Below are positions 42,501 through 55,430 of a DNA stretch of 64,000 nucleotides, piece by piece. The stretch is from the NCBI RefSeq assembly GCF_009914755.1, contig NC_060932.1; one strand, written 5' to 3'. Below the pieces are notes generated by a model. The model saw only the letters and a program-made list of their open reading frames with translations. It had not been told where the DNA came from and did no database searches. Position numbers and translations under genes: made by a program. How positions within the stretch are numbered: the first letter of the stretch is position 1; each line of letters begins with the position of its first letter. The DNA is from the human T2T-CHM13v2.0 reference genome, Homo sapiens.

Positions 42501-44289
42501 AATGCAACTATATCTAGGTTTATGGCCTTATTAAAAAAAAAGACAGCTGAAGCCAAATATATTATTTTCAGGGATTTCTATTATTAGATCTCCCAATATA
42601 CTATTTCTTTTATGAAATGGAGAAATATAATTGTCTTTTTAGACAATAGATCTATTTAGCTAACATTTAAAATGGTTTCTGTATGGATATACATGCCATG
42701 GATCCCATTTCTCATTTTGATATCTGAAAGAATATTTACTATTTATGGAAGAAAGAAAACCATTAGTACAAGAGAGCTGAAAGAGACATTAAATATTATG
42801 AGCTCCAAGGATCTTGTTTTATAGATGTGGTGACTGAGGTTCAGAGAGGTTATAGAAAGCAAGGTGAAACAGCTAATCAATGTCAGATGTCAGGTCATGG
42901 CCCCTCTGTGTGTGGGAAACCCAGGCTCACATCACTAGGCTGAGCCAACAACAATGGCTGTCGGTACCTTAGACCCACCCCACATTTCTTTCCCAATTCC
43001 CTGGTTCCTGCTACTTGCTTTGCCTTTGCTGATTCCTGATTTGGATCTCCCCTTTCGCCAACTCATGCTCCATCCATTTCAGGGGTCTTGACTTTCTTTG
43101 CTGGACTCTGTTCTTGCTTCCTACCATTGATACCCATCAGCTGCCCCCTGGTCATTGAGCCTCAGCAACCCCTTGATTTTTTTTCTTCAGATGCATCACC
43201 TCACACATGGCAAAAAACAGAACCAAATTCTAAAATTAGTTCAGGCTTATCACCCCCTGTGTCAGTTCAGTTTAGTCTTAGCATATATGTGGTAAGTGTG
43301 TGCTGTGTACTAAGCCTGGTGCCAAATGCTACAGGTACAAAGAGTTGAGTCTAGCAGGAAATAGAAACACGTGAATGAGTCATTTCAATAGAATTGGTGA
43401 ATGGGGTCTGCCTCTGACTATGTTTCTTTCTGTAAATATTCTTTCTGCTTGATAGGGAGATGCTCTCAGATACTGATACTAATAATGTGAGTGGATGTTT
43501 GTTACTCAGCCTCCAAAGGAATAGTAGCAACATCCCACTGAGGCATATATAGAAGCTATCAAGGGCAACCCAGAAAATCCCATAGGAACAAATTCTCCTG
43601 CCATTGCTTTTTTTGGTAATGATTCTTGTGGGACCACATTCTTGTGGCTGCTGAAAGTTGCCAAAGTCATTTACATTGCCCCTAGAGTTGGGCCAGGACC
43701 CAGGAAAGTCATTCTCTCTTTGCATAAGCGAATGTCTCCTGTGCCAAAACACATTTTACTAACCTGGCACCTCTCTTCTACACCTACCTTCTCACACTAG
43801 TAAAATGTCAGAGTCATGGAACCTCAAGCATATTTGCACGTCTGCTTAATTTTTTCCTTTACCTTTTTTTAAAAGGCACATGGCATATAGAAAGCACATT
43901 CAGCCAGGAGTCAGGATATCTGGATTTTAATCCAGGTACTATCATTGATATACTCCATGAATTTGGAGAAATCACTTAAACACTTTGGGTTTAAGTTCTT
44001 CATCTATGAAATAAAGGGCTGGATTCGATCATTTCTAATGACTCATGAAGCTCTCAAACTCCTTGATTTAAAACTTCCTTTATAAAGTACAAGAGTCTAT
44101 AAGGTTTGAATATTAATTTATTATAGAAAATTGAAATCTGAATGTATATATCTATAAAATATAACATACATATCCTTAATGGCAGTAAAGAAACAATGAT
44201 ACTAGAAACAATAGCAAAGCCCTGGACTGGATCATGTCTCCATAGCAGGCACATCTGTTTTAAGATAAAGAGCTAGAATCTCTGAATCG

Positions 44290-45570
44290 CTTAATCCCCA
44301 GGCACCATTCTGTCCCAAATATATTCCTTGTCTTTCTCCAACACGACTTGGCTTTCTGTCTTTAATTTTTATCACAGTGAACGGCACCATTACCACCTAT
44401 CTGTTCATCCAAGCCACAGAGAATCACCTTGATTAGTCTTTTCCTTCTTTTTCTACATTAAATCCACACCAGATGGTGTTGCTTTTTTTTTTTTTTTTGA
44501 GAGGGAGTCTCTGTCACCCAGGCTGGAGTGCAGTGGGGCAATCTCAGCTCGCTGCAACCTTCGCCTCTCGGGTTCAAGTGGTTTCCTGCCTCGGCCTCCC
44601 AAGTATCCAGGCACATGCCACCACGCCTAGCTAATTTTTGTTTTTTTAGTAGAGACAGGGTTTTGCCATGTTGGCCAGGCTGGTCTCGAAGTCCTGACCT
44701 CAGGTGATCTACCCACCTGAGCCTCTCAAAGTGCTGGGATTATAGGCGTGAGCCACTGTGCCTCGCCCTCTGCTGTCTCTTGAAGGCTGCCTAGGTCCAT
44801 CCCTCTCCCGCTTCCCTCTCTCCCTACCAATATCACTTTATTCTCACAGTCACTGACTAAGGTCAGACTCTCATCAGTTTTCTTCTGGATTTGTTAATGG
44901 CCCCATAACTGGTCTCCTGACTCCAGACTTGCCTCCTCCAATCCATCATCCATGCCATAGCCAGTGGGATCAATCTAAAGCACAGATTTGGCTTTGTCAT
45001 GTCACTGTTCAAACTCTTTCAGTAGCTTCTACTACCTGCAGATAATGTCACAACACTGTATTCGTCATAGATGATTCTTAACAATCTGGACCCCGACCCT
45101 CCCACCCTACATGTACTTTATGCTCCAGACATACCAAATGACCACAGTATTTTCATTTCACTAAGCAAACACTCTTTTTGACTCATGTCTTTGCATATGA
45201 CTTTGCTCCAACTGGAATGCTTCTTTTCACATTTATTCTCCCTTTTCTTGGGCTAGGTCCTATTTTTCAAAACTCAGTTCAAGCTTTTCCTCCTCTAGGA
45301 AGCCTCTCATCAATCTTCTCTCTGTAATACCCTTCTTTTCTATTTCTAGAGCACCTGTACCTCTGTTTTTCATAATAGCCTTATTCACCACCCTTCCTTT
45401 CTACTTCTGGAGCACACTGTGCCTCTGTTTTTCATAATAGCTTTGCTCACCATCCCAGTATAAGTTCCTTAAGCACAAGCACTACCTGGTTCAACTTGGT
45501 ACCACTTCCTTTCACTGCCTGGCACATAGTGGGGTCTCAATACCATTTTGATAAATAATTTAATGCATAA
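44290..45570 (+). mobile_element. L2 relic (interrupted by an Alu; contains a 61-bp tandem duplication)
   Basis: taactggtctcctgactccagacttgcctcctccaatccatc...tgcctggcacatagtggggtctcaatac...aatgaat L2 3' end. Confidence 0.7.
44483..44768 (-). mobile_element. AluSx-type SINE
   Basis: Reverse Alu with cctgacctcaggtgatctacc. Confidence 0.88.
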
Positions 45571-46144
45571 ATGAATTTGTGTATGAAAATACTGAGTCTC
45601 CCATTGTGAGCTTAGCTTAGTTCCATTTGTTTCTCTAAGTAAGAAATATCATATTAGCAATTATCAATGATCCCCTTTTGAATGGCAAAGGAACCAGCAT
45701 TAATGATGTACATAGCTCTGAAAACAAATATCCTCACTTTGTGGACCACATAAACCCATCTTGTCTTACTATGTCTTTCTACTTTGCTATTCCCAAACAT
45801 CTCGACTATGAGTCATTGTTTAAATCAAGTAAAATCCATGAAACACATTGAAAACTAACCATGTCTTAATCATTGCTTCATACATAAAAGCAAAAGAAGT
45901 AAAACTTAATGCTGTTCATTGAGACTGCTTATAACATAAGCATGCTACAAATGCTGGACTGAAGGTATCAATGTCCTGCTTGCCTTCCTGCCTGCCTGAT
46001 GGGTAGAATAAAGAAAGGAACAAATCCTCTCAACGAGAGAATCTAATAAGTCTTTCCAGAGGCAGTCCCAAAGGAATATAGAAGGGAGGGCATACATTTC
46101 TTTTGTCTCCTTTAATATAAAAAAAAATAGCCTTATGGCAATGA

Positions 46145-46192
46145 CACTGCATTCCAGCCTAGGCAACAGAGTTAGAGCTTATATCTGAAAAA
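46145..46192 (+). mobile_element. Very short 5'-truncated Alu 3' end
   Basis: cactgcattccagcctaggcaacagag, flanked by TSD-like aaaaa(a)tagcct / aaaaatacagcct. Confidence 0.6.
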
Positions 46193-49100
46193 ATACAGCC
46201 TGGAAAAATTGAGGGCTAGGGGATAAGAAAGGACTCTGGGAAGACTTTGAGAGCATGCAAGGAGCTGTGCTTGCTTAGGCAAGATGACTCTCCTGCTTAC
46301 CTCCTGAAATGTGCTTCTTGGGAAATCAAGAAATAAATCAGTCAGAAGCAACAGCATACCATTAATGCCATACCACACACATGCGGCAAGGGCACAGCAT
46401 CAGAGTTTTAATATGGGATTCAGGTAGAAGGCAAAGACAGATAATTTCTGTGCACTTTACCATATTTTCAGACATAGTAAGCATAAGATTTACCCATTTA
46501 ATAACATATATAAGAACATATGTTGTATGTACGTATATACAAACATACACACAAATACATTTGCACAATTATGCTCTTGTACACACATATATTTCCCTAT
46601 TCCCAACCTACATGTGTCCAGTTCTACATTCATGCTTTGTAGTTATGTTCATTTCATTGCAGTTTATTTTCTTAAAGATCCATTTAAAATAGCCAACGCA
46701 TCACTCACCTTTGAATGAGGTGTATTTGATGTAAAATTTAATCACTTCAGAAAATGCCCATTAATCTGTCATGGACAGCTCCAGTATTCTGCCTAACAAC
46801 ACAGAAATCTTTTTCCCAAATTCTAAAATTATACTTAGATGACAGAAGAATGGAAGAATTAAAAAGCAACTTGGTATGCATTGTTTTTATAACAATAAAA
46901 GGGATCTTTTTTTAACTAAACAAGATACTGTTTCAAACAAAATTGCAAACATGTCTCCCTTTACTGTAATGCTTTTTAGTTTCTTGCTTATCTGAAATGC
47001 AATTTAACCCCCTGCATGCTACACAAAATACATTCTGTTTCACTTAAAAAGAGAAAGATTTGACATTTGAACTACAGACCACCCCAGCAGCTAGTAGATT
47101 GGGGGGATTGATGGGGTAAAAGGCTCTCCACCAGATAATTCTTCTAAGAAACATTTTCTGCAAACCACACTTACTTCTCCTCTGACAAATGGCAGCGATG
47201 CAAACACATAGCTTATAATGATGATCTTTTAAAAGAAATCTTCTGCATTCAATGAAACATTACAGGACAGATCATGAAATTTAAATACCCAGCAGATGAT
47301 ATAAGATACTCAAGAACAGAAGTTTGAAAGCCTTAACAATTAAGGGATTTGTCGATTTTTCAGGAATACCATGACTAGGTAGAAAATTGTCATCATTTTA
47401 CTCTGGTATTTTGTATGAAATTGGAAGGTATTAACACTTAAAATCAAATCTCTTTCAATAAAATCCTTCACTGTTCAACACTCTGACTTTTTAGGCTGTT
47501 ATTACCTTTTCATTTATGCTACATCTTTTCTTGCTTACAATGAAGTTGCTTTGTTGGTTGTCTTTCTCTTCTGAAATATCTTGTTTATGGGTTTTTAAAA
47601 TTAATTTTCTTTCATCTGCTTAAATAAAGTAAAATAAATGATAAAAGTGTGTGCATATATATGTGTATGCGTGTGTTTTCTCCCACAATATGAGATTACT
47701 CAATGGAACATATAGTAAGTTTGTACAGGCATAAAACTGTCAATGTCATTGTATAATAAACATTCCAAAGCATTATGTGTGAGGTCCAACTAATTTTTTT
47801 CTGAATAATATTTGTTGAGTAGTTCTTATTTAAATTACCCTTGGTCCAAGTACTGGAAGAATTATTAGGACAGAAAAAGTCATTCAAAGCATAAGAAAGG
47901 AATAATGATTGCTGACATCTTATAAATGCAATAAAATCCCTATTTTTTTTTTTCTCCCTTTGATCAAAGGACTAGAGACAGTGGGCATTGTTTCATCTTT
48001 CACAAAGGCCATTTTGGTGCCCTGGTGATGCTTGTTACATCCCAAGTGCTATTGGATGAGAGACCAAATTAGCATTACAATGAACTGGCTTCTCTGAGAA
48101 TTAACCATACACCACAAGAGAATGAAACGAAGCATGAGTAACTGCAAAAATACCTGCTCTTGTGACTACACATATTGCCAGAGGAATTTTGTAAAAGTCA
48201 GTTTTAAAGACTCATTAATCTAGTTTTGGCAGCTGTAGATCACCTCCCGGTGTTCCTCCTGATTTAGTCCCCATCCCCAACAAGCTGGGAGAACTGGATA
48301 CTTTATATATTCATTAACTGAAAGAAGCCTGGGCTAATTTATTGGAAAGTCTAAATCCTGGGTTCTTATGATCATGAAATGTGGATAATAGAGACCAGAA
48401 AGCTGCCATACCTACTTAACAGACATCACACTTTGACATATTTATTTTGGATGTTTTCATTTTTAGTAAGAAATAAATTACTACATATAAAATCAAGGTC
48501 CCACAATCAGAATATAACCTTTATTCTGAAGTTGATGTGGGCTTTTTCTCCATAGGTTTATATTCAAAATAATATACTGTCTGGTACACTTTCATGATGT
48601 ACAAAAATGTTACCTTATTGCATGATTTCTTCATTCTCTTATTTTTAAATCAATATTATGTTTTTGAGACTTAGATATATTAACAGTATTGTTTTACTGT
48701 AATTACAGGACTGAGTTAGACTTAGTAATTCTAACTGCTAATAAAACATTCTCATATCCCAACGCCTGACTTACTCCGAAGAGAGGAGTACAATGTCTTT
48801 CAGATTCCTGTTACCCTGAGTTCTAGCTCAGACACAAGAAGGAACAAATTGTTTCTCAGACTCTCACAAAGCCCCCAGGGTCTCTTCTCTAAGGATGTGA
48901 AGGAAAGCTGTGTAATGAATCTTCCCCTATTTAAATACTATATCTCAAGAATCTGAATGAATAATTTTTATATTTGGCAAATAGTTATTTCCCAGAGAGA
49001 GCAATTAGGGGGTTGAGAAAGAAAGGAAACATGTTACCAGAACTAAAAATTGATTCTATAGTTATTCTCAAACATAAATTACTACATTGAGTTTAAAATA

Positions 49101-51076
49101 ACCATTACCACAATTATAAAGACAGCTCCCCCAACTTCCTAGCAGCATTCCATTGAATAGACAAGATAGTCTTGATTTTAAAGTGCAAAGTGGCTTCAGT
49201 ATACTAGCTTTCCATGGCTTACAAACAAACAAAAACCATTTCTGTTCAGCATAATACACAGTACACAAAATGATATATTTAGCATGTTCTCAATTATGGT
49301 AAGTATATTCAGACACAAATTTGTATGCATTTGAAAAAGAAAAGAAACACTGAACTGTTAATAGTGACGATCTCTGGCTGACGGGAATACAGGTGAATTT
49401 TATTTTCTTCTTGAAATGGTTTGGTTGGTTTTCTCCTTTCTTTAGAAAATGAGAATTCAATTTTATACCCAGAAATAAAATAAAGAACTAGAGAAAGAAA
49501 GAAATGTGCTTGGAATGCATTCATTCTTAGTAGGAAACTTACAAACATCTGGCAAAGTTTAGTGGTGGCCTGGTTGGAGAAATTCTGGAAAACTCTGCTG
49601 CCCTCCATAGACATTCCCCACTGGCTCAGCCAGTTTTCCTCGTCTAGTCTTACTCCCTACCTGCCACCCCTAATTCTCTGGTTTCATAAGAAGTCAAGAA
49701 AACAAACAAATAAGAAGAAATAAACAAAAGAGCCAAAACAGCCGCAAGTAGGTCTTTACCAAGGGGAAAGTGCTGTGTGCAAAGCCTGTAACAATCGTCT
49801 TTGTTTTTTGAATACTTCTTGTGGATCAGCCAATGAGGTAAGGTCTTGAGGTTCTTCCTTTAATTATTTCTCACAGCAGCCCTTTGAAATAGGTATGGTT
49901 ACCATCTCAGACCAATGAGGTGGCAGAAGTGATGAGAAGTTCAGTAACATGATCAGGACTACAGAGCCCAAATATTGCAGTCGATATTCAGACTCAAGTC
50001 TCTTTGATGCCCGGGTCACTCTCTTTCCGCTTTATTCAGCCCCATGTTCTTGGTTAGGGCAAGAATTACAAACAGGCCCTTTGCTGCCCAAGTTCAAACA
50101 GCCAAAGTGTTTTGTTTGACTAGCACATTATTTTTAAAATATGGTTTCAAGCCTTTAACAAGAGTATGTAATCTCTAGTTATCCACAGCCCATACCTCTC
50201 TTGGATATAAAACTTCTGGCCCTTTTAGCTATTAAGGTCAGTTGCCCAGATCCTAATGGCATTTGAGTTGCCATCATTAAGCGGGAAATGAAGGCACCTA
50301 ACATTTGATGATCACCGTCAGGCAGTAAAAAAGTCTTCATATACTTGTTGTCCTTTTAAAAATACAATGAAAAGTCCCCCTCACCACTCTCACGCTTAGA
50401 AATACTGAAAGAATGATTGAATCAACATGTGGCAAGACATTTGAGGACTTTGTAAGCCCAGCATAAATAAGAAACATAATAATTTTATATGACAAGTTGA
50501 CTTATTCTTTCCTCAGGTCCATAGTGACATGCTATTTATGGCCACATTAATTATCTTTGCTGAAAAGCATTAGCATTTTCTTTCATTTACTCAACCAAAA
50601 CAGAGACATCATCTTCACGTGCATATGGATTAGTATCATGTTTGTTCTCCTGTTCATTACACCATAATTCCTTCAAATAAGCACAAATATCAAGCAAATA
50701 TGGATTCTAACATTATTATATGCACATAATATTAGAGCATATTCTCATAGAATGAGCTCTAATATTATGATTTTTTTTAAAGTTTACTAACAAAATCCAA
50801 TCAATATTCAAACAAGCCATTTTTCTTTGGGAAATAGTGTTTTCTTCTTTACTAAACTAAAACATGTTGTACTGTAAATTGAACCTCCTGAGCTGGAATA
50901 ATTTTATCTCAAAAATGTTTTGGTTGTTGAAAGCAAAGTTATGCTTAAAGAAAATTTGCAGATATATATATATTTGTATAGAATCTTAAATTGGAATATA
51001 TATAGAATATATATAGATCTATCTATAAATATAGAATATATACATACATATGTATCTGTGTATCTATATCTATACC

Positions 51077-51208
51077 TATAGAATATATGTATATATTATA
51101 TATCAATATAGAATATATGTATATATTATATATCAATATAGAATATATGTATATATTATATATCAATATAGAATATATGTATATATTATATATCAATATA
51201 GAATATAT
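51077..51208. repeat. 30-bp AT-rich minisatellite, ~4.4 perfect copies
   Basis: Unit tatagaatatatgtatatattatatatcaa at 51077, 51107, 51137, 51167 and partial at 51197. Confidence 0.93.
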
Positions 51209-51313
51209 ATATGGGATGGGGTAATAGACAGTTCATGTTTCCCCTTGAAAATGCCATATCTTATTAAGTATGTATAAGAACACGGAATGGTAGTTTAAAT
51301 GTCAGCAAAGACA

Positions 51314-51608
51314 GGCTGGCGCAGTGGCTCATACCTGTAATCCCAGCATTTTGGAAGGCCAAGACAGGCAGATCACCTGAGGTCAGGAGTTCAAGACCAG
51401 CCTGGCCAACATGGTGAAACCCTGTCTCTACTAAAAATACAAAACTTAGCCAGGTGTGGTGGCAGACGCCTGTAATCACAGCTACTCAGAAGGCTGAGGC
51501 AGGAGAATCACTTGAACTCTGGAGGCAGATCAATGAGCTGAGATCGCGCCACTGCACTCTGGCCTGGATGTCAAGAGCGAGATTCCGTCTCAAAATAAAT
51601 AAATAAAT
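51314..51608 (+). mobile_element. AluSx-type SINE
   Basis: gatcacctgaggtcaggagttc, (AAAT)n tail, TSD agcaaagaca. Confidence 0.9.
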
Positions 51609-52811
51609 ATTAGCAAAGACACACAGATACATACACATATGTAGATGTGCATATGTATTATACATTTTCACATACTTTCTTATATAAACACATTTCAATG
51701 AGCATTTACTCAGTAAGTTTTATATGTGTCCTATGCTAACAGGCAACGTGCCATGAATACATAAATATGAAAAAGATGCAGTTCTTGCTTAGTCCCTGGC
51801 AAGTGAGAAAAACAAGTATATAAACAGATATCATTATAATTAGTAGCTGTTAAAGTGGAAATATTCTCTACAAGATTGTAAAAAATATACTCAAAGTTTA
51901 TAAAATACATGACACTTTTATTCCATATTCTCATAGAGAAGAAATACAGTTTCAAGGACTTCTTAGTAAATTCAGAATTACTTAGTACAAACATGTCTTG
52001 GAGAAATACATACTTCATCAGCCTTTTTTTCTGTCCTGATGTGCATTCCCACCCAGGGCTGGCTGTTCTCATAATTCATAGCTTTAATATTAAAATTGTA
52101 TCATCATCATTATCTCCAGGAAACCATGAAGCCCAAACCTGATAGATTCTAGGATCTCATTGAGGCCTTTTGCATTCTTGACTTCTTAAAGCCAAGGGTT
52201 CTCATGTCACAGAGATGTGTTTAATATGAGATGTGTTATATTAAAAAGTCTAATGAGTTTACTGGAAAACCACCATTATAGAAAAGAAATTATACATTTG
52301 CTTTTTCATAATTCTCACCATTTTTTTTCTGTAAAAAAGGAAGAGTCAGAGATTATAAGTAATTTCCCAGAAGACATACAGTTACATGAGGCTTACCCAG
52401 CTTGTCTAGGATTGGGCTAATCCACACCATGCCTATCTTCCCAGTTGTAAGAATTTCTCATATCAAAAATAGAGAATCTTTGCAATCTACATGACTTCTT
52501 CCAAACTGGGGGAAATGTCTTGGTGAATTCCCACAGGCAGGTAGAATGTTGCGGCATGAAGAGCTATTTTTAACATGGTGCTATGGAGAGCTCCCAGAAT
52601 GTGTCAGCAGGGAACCTGAGTGCTTTTTTTTTTTTTTTTTCTCCCACTTGTCAGCCATATGAACTCCAAGGTCTTTTACTTCTGTGAGATAAATATTTCT
52701 CATCAGTAAAGCCATCAGGCTAATTGTACCTGTCCTAAACATCTCAAAAGTTTCTTGTAATGATCAAATGAAATAATACATGTCAAAATGCTTGGTCAGA
52801 TGTAAGGTGCC

Positions 52812-55013
52812 ATGTAAATGTCAGATACTTATACTTCGATGTGGGTAGGTTGGAAGAAGCAGTTTGAGAATCTATTAGAAGTGTGAATTCTCTGGTGTAA
52901 CTGCATATACAGTTATCAATAAGAAGACAATGAACAGCTAATACTAGCCACCATATTATTGCTTTTTCCAAGTTCTGATTTATATTTACGTGAGAAGCAG
53001 CACATGAGAAGCAGTGTTTGAGAAAGAATAATAAGTTTTGGACTCTGTTAGCTCTAAGCTGGCAACTGGCTAGCTGTGTGACTTTGAGCAAGTTGCTTTC
53101 CCTCTCTGTGCTTTAGCTTCTGCATCTAGAAAAAGCGAAGAATAATGCATCTGTATCATAGTATTGTTTGAGGATTAAATAAGAAAAATCATAAATATAC
53201 CTAAATTGAAAAATAAAATAACAAGCTTCAAATGGGAAGAATGGGATTAAACTGCCTCAGTGGGCATGGATGTGACAGATGGCATTGGACAGTAAAAAAA
53301 ATAATAATAATAGAAATTTGTTACAGAGGCCTAGCTTCCTAATACTTATTAACACTGTGACTATGAACAAGCCACTTAACTACTCTAAGCCTCAACTTCC
53401 TCATCTGTAAATATAATAATATCTACATCAAAGCAGTTTTGTCAAGAATGAAACTATTTCATTAACTGTAGCTATAAAAATATAGTCCCCTGACTGACAC
53501 TTGCTGACTGACTAATACTACAGTTACGCAAATCTAAGTATCTTTCCTTTTAACACTATTTCAGTACATCTATATACTACAGGCTGGCCATAAAGTCTAT
53601 AGGTAATAATATCCTATTGCATTTTAATGTAATGTCAGAAAGCCATTTACTATATATATTTACTAATTTTTCCAGCCTTAAGGCCACCAGTGGACTTACT
53701 CTTTTGGAATTTTTTATATAGCAAGCAAGCATCCACAAGGATGTTTTTAGTTATATGATTAAATAAAGAAATGCTAAATCCCTGAGGTTTATGAAATAAT
53801 ACAATGGTTAATATTATTATTACTACGATTTTTTGAGACAGCGCCTCACTCTGTCACCCAGGCTGAAGTGCAGTGGTGAAATCTCGACTGACTGTAACCT
53901 CCATCTCCCAGGTTCAAGCAAGTCTCCTGCCTCAGCCTCCCTAGTAGCTGGGATTACAGGTGTGCGCCACGATGCCCAGCTAATTTTTATATTTTCAGTA
54001 GAACCAGGGTTTTGCCATGTTGGTCAGGCTGGTCTCAAACTCCAGACCTCAAGCCAGCCACCTGCCTTGGCCTCCCAAAGTGCTGAGATTACAGGCGTGA
54101 GCCACTGTGCCCAGCCCGATGGTTAATATTAGCTGTTGATTGTCTTCTCATTGATAACTGTAAATGCACTCACACCAGAGAATCCATTCTTCTAATGGAT
54201 TTTCAAACTGCTTCTCCCAATCTAACTACACCAAAGTGTAAGTATCTGACATTTGCATATAAAGAAACATCTTGTATAACACGTGCTAGTTGTTTCAAAA
54301 CTTCAAAGGGAATTTTCTCCTTGAGCAATTTTAATCCAGAAAAACCTGTAATTATGATTTCAATGATGAATAGACCACAAAGTGCTAGGCCAGCAATTAA
54401 TAAAGTGAGAGACTGCAGTGAACGCAGTTCCTAGATGTCTTTCAGAAAAGAACTGTGCAGGTAAGAGGTGTAGGGAGCAAGGATTGGAGGAAGATTGCAG
54501 AAGGGGGAAAAAAAAAGACATTCTAAACATTATAGTTAACACAACTACCTGAACATCTGACTTCAAGGAATGAAGCATAGAATTATTCATATTATAAAAA
54601 TATTCATCACCTTATGTAGTACACAAGGGCCCAGAAAGTAACAATATTGCAAGCATTTAAGGTTTTTATTAAAACTTCCTGATAAATTGATAAATAGACT
54701 GATAAGCTGAAGCATTTCAAGTTACTGATGATACTATCAATGCAATGGTAAGACAAGGCAAATATGACATTAGAATAAATACAAAGCACATTTATTCATA
54801 TGGTTCACTACCGGAAACTCAGCATACTTGACAATGGGCAGCCTCAAATGGTGCTCTCCCCCATGAGAAGTAGTGCCTTATTAAGACAGATTGATGTTTA
54901 GAATTTCATAAACCTCAGGGGCTTAGCACTTCTTTATTTAATCTTATAACTAAAAACGTCCTTGTGGATGCTTGCTTGCTATATAAAATAATTCCCAATG
55001 AGTAAGTCCACTG
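52812..55013. repeat. Interleaved inverted duplications A(52812-52960) B(53688-53797) A'(53795-54258, split by Alu) B'(54903-55013)
   Basis: Manual alignment gives A vs rc(A') 119/139 identical without gaps, and B vs rc(B') 7 mismatches plus 1 indel in 111. Confidence 0.92.
53817..54116 (-). mobile_element. AluS (Sz/Sx-type) SINE
   Basis: Reverse Alu with TSD atggttaatatta (53804-53816 and 54119-54131). Confidence 0.9.
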
Positions 55014-55391
55014 AGATTTCTGAGTTTCCTGTGACTCTCACCATTAATGCATCTGCAACCACCATGGTATTGGGCATGAAGCAATAAGCTGTATCCTCAT
55101 CTGGGGCATGTCTACTGGTCTAACATGGAAAGGTCATGATTCCATGAGCATTGGGATTTCGTCTTTCAATGGGATTGTAAACAGGAAGAGGCTCTCCAAC
55201 AAAGAGACATTAAAATACTCTGCCTTCCAAAACATTCAGATAGATGCAATCACTAGAAGAGAATAAGATTGGTTCTTCTCAGGAAAAAAACATAAACATA
55301 ACTAAGTCAGGTTAAAGTAGTGGTTTTCTCATTTTCTTGACTGTGACCCACAGTAAGAAGTGCAGTTTTAATTAGGACAAGAAACAAATAC

Positions 55392-55392
<1 letters not shown>

Positions 55393-55428
<36 letters not shown>
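55393..55428. repeat. (CA)n microsatellite within a probable hAT-Charlie relic (~55318-55635)
   Basis: (AC)~17 is visible. The flanks tagtggttttc...tgtgacccacagtaagaa...aaaacactg resemble Charlie-type ends. Confidence 0.8.

Positions 55429-55430
<2 letters not shown>

Noticed and set aside
44464-44480. CTCF-like acaccagatggtgt
   Set aside because: It mismatches at key core positions and lies at an L2/Alu junction.
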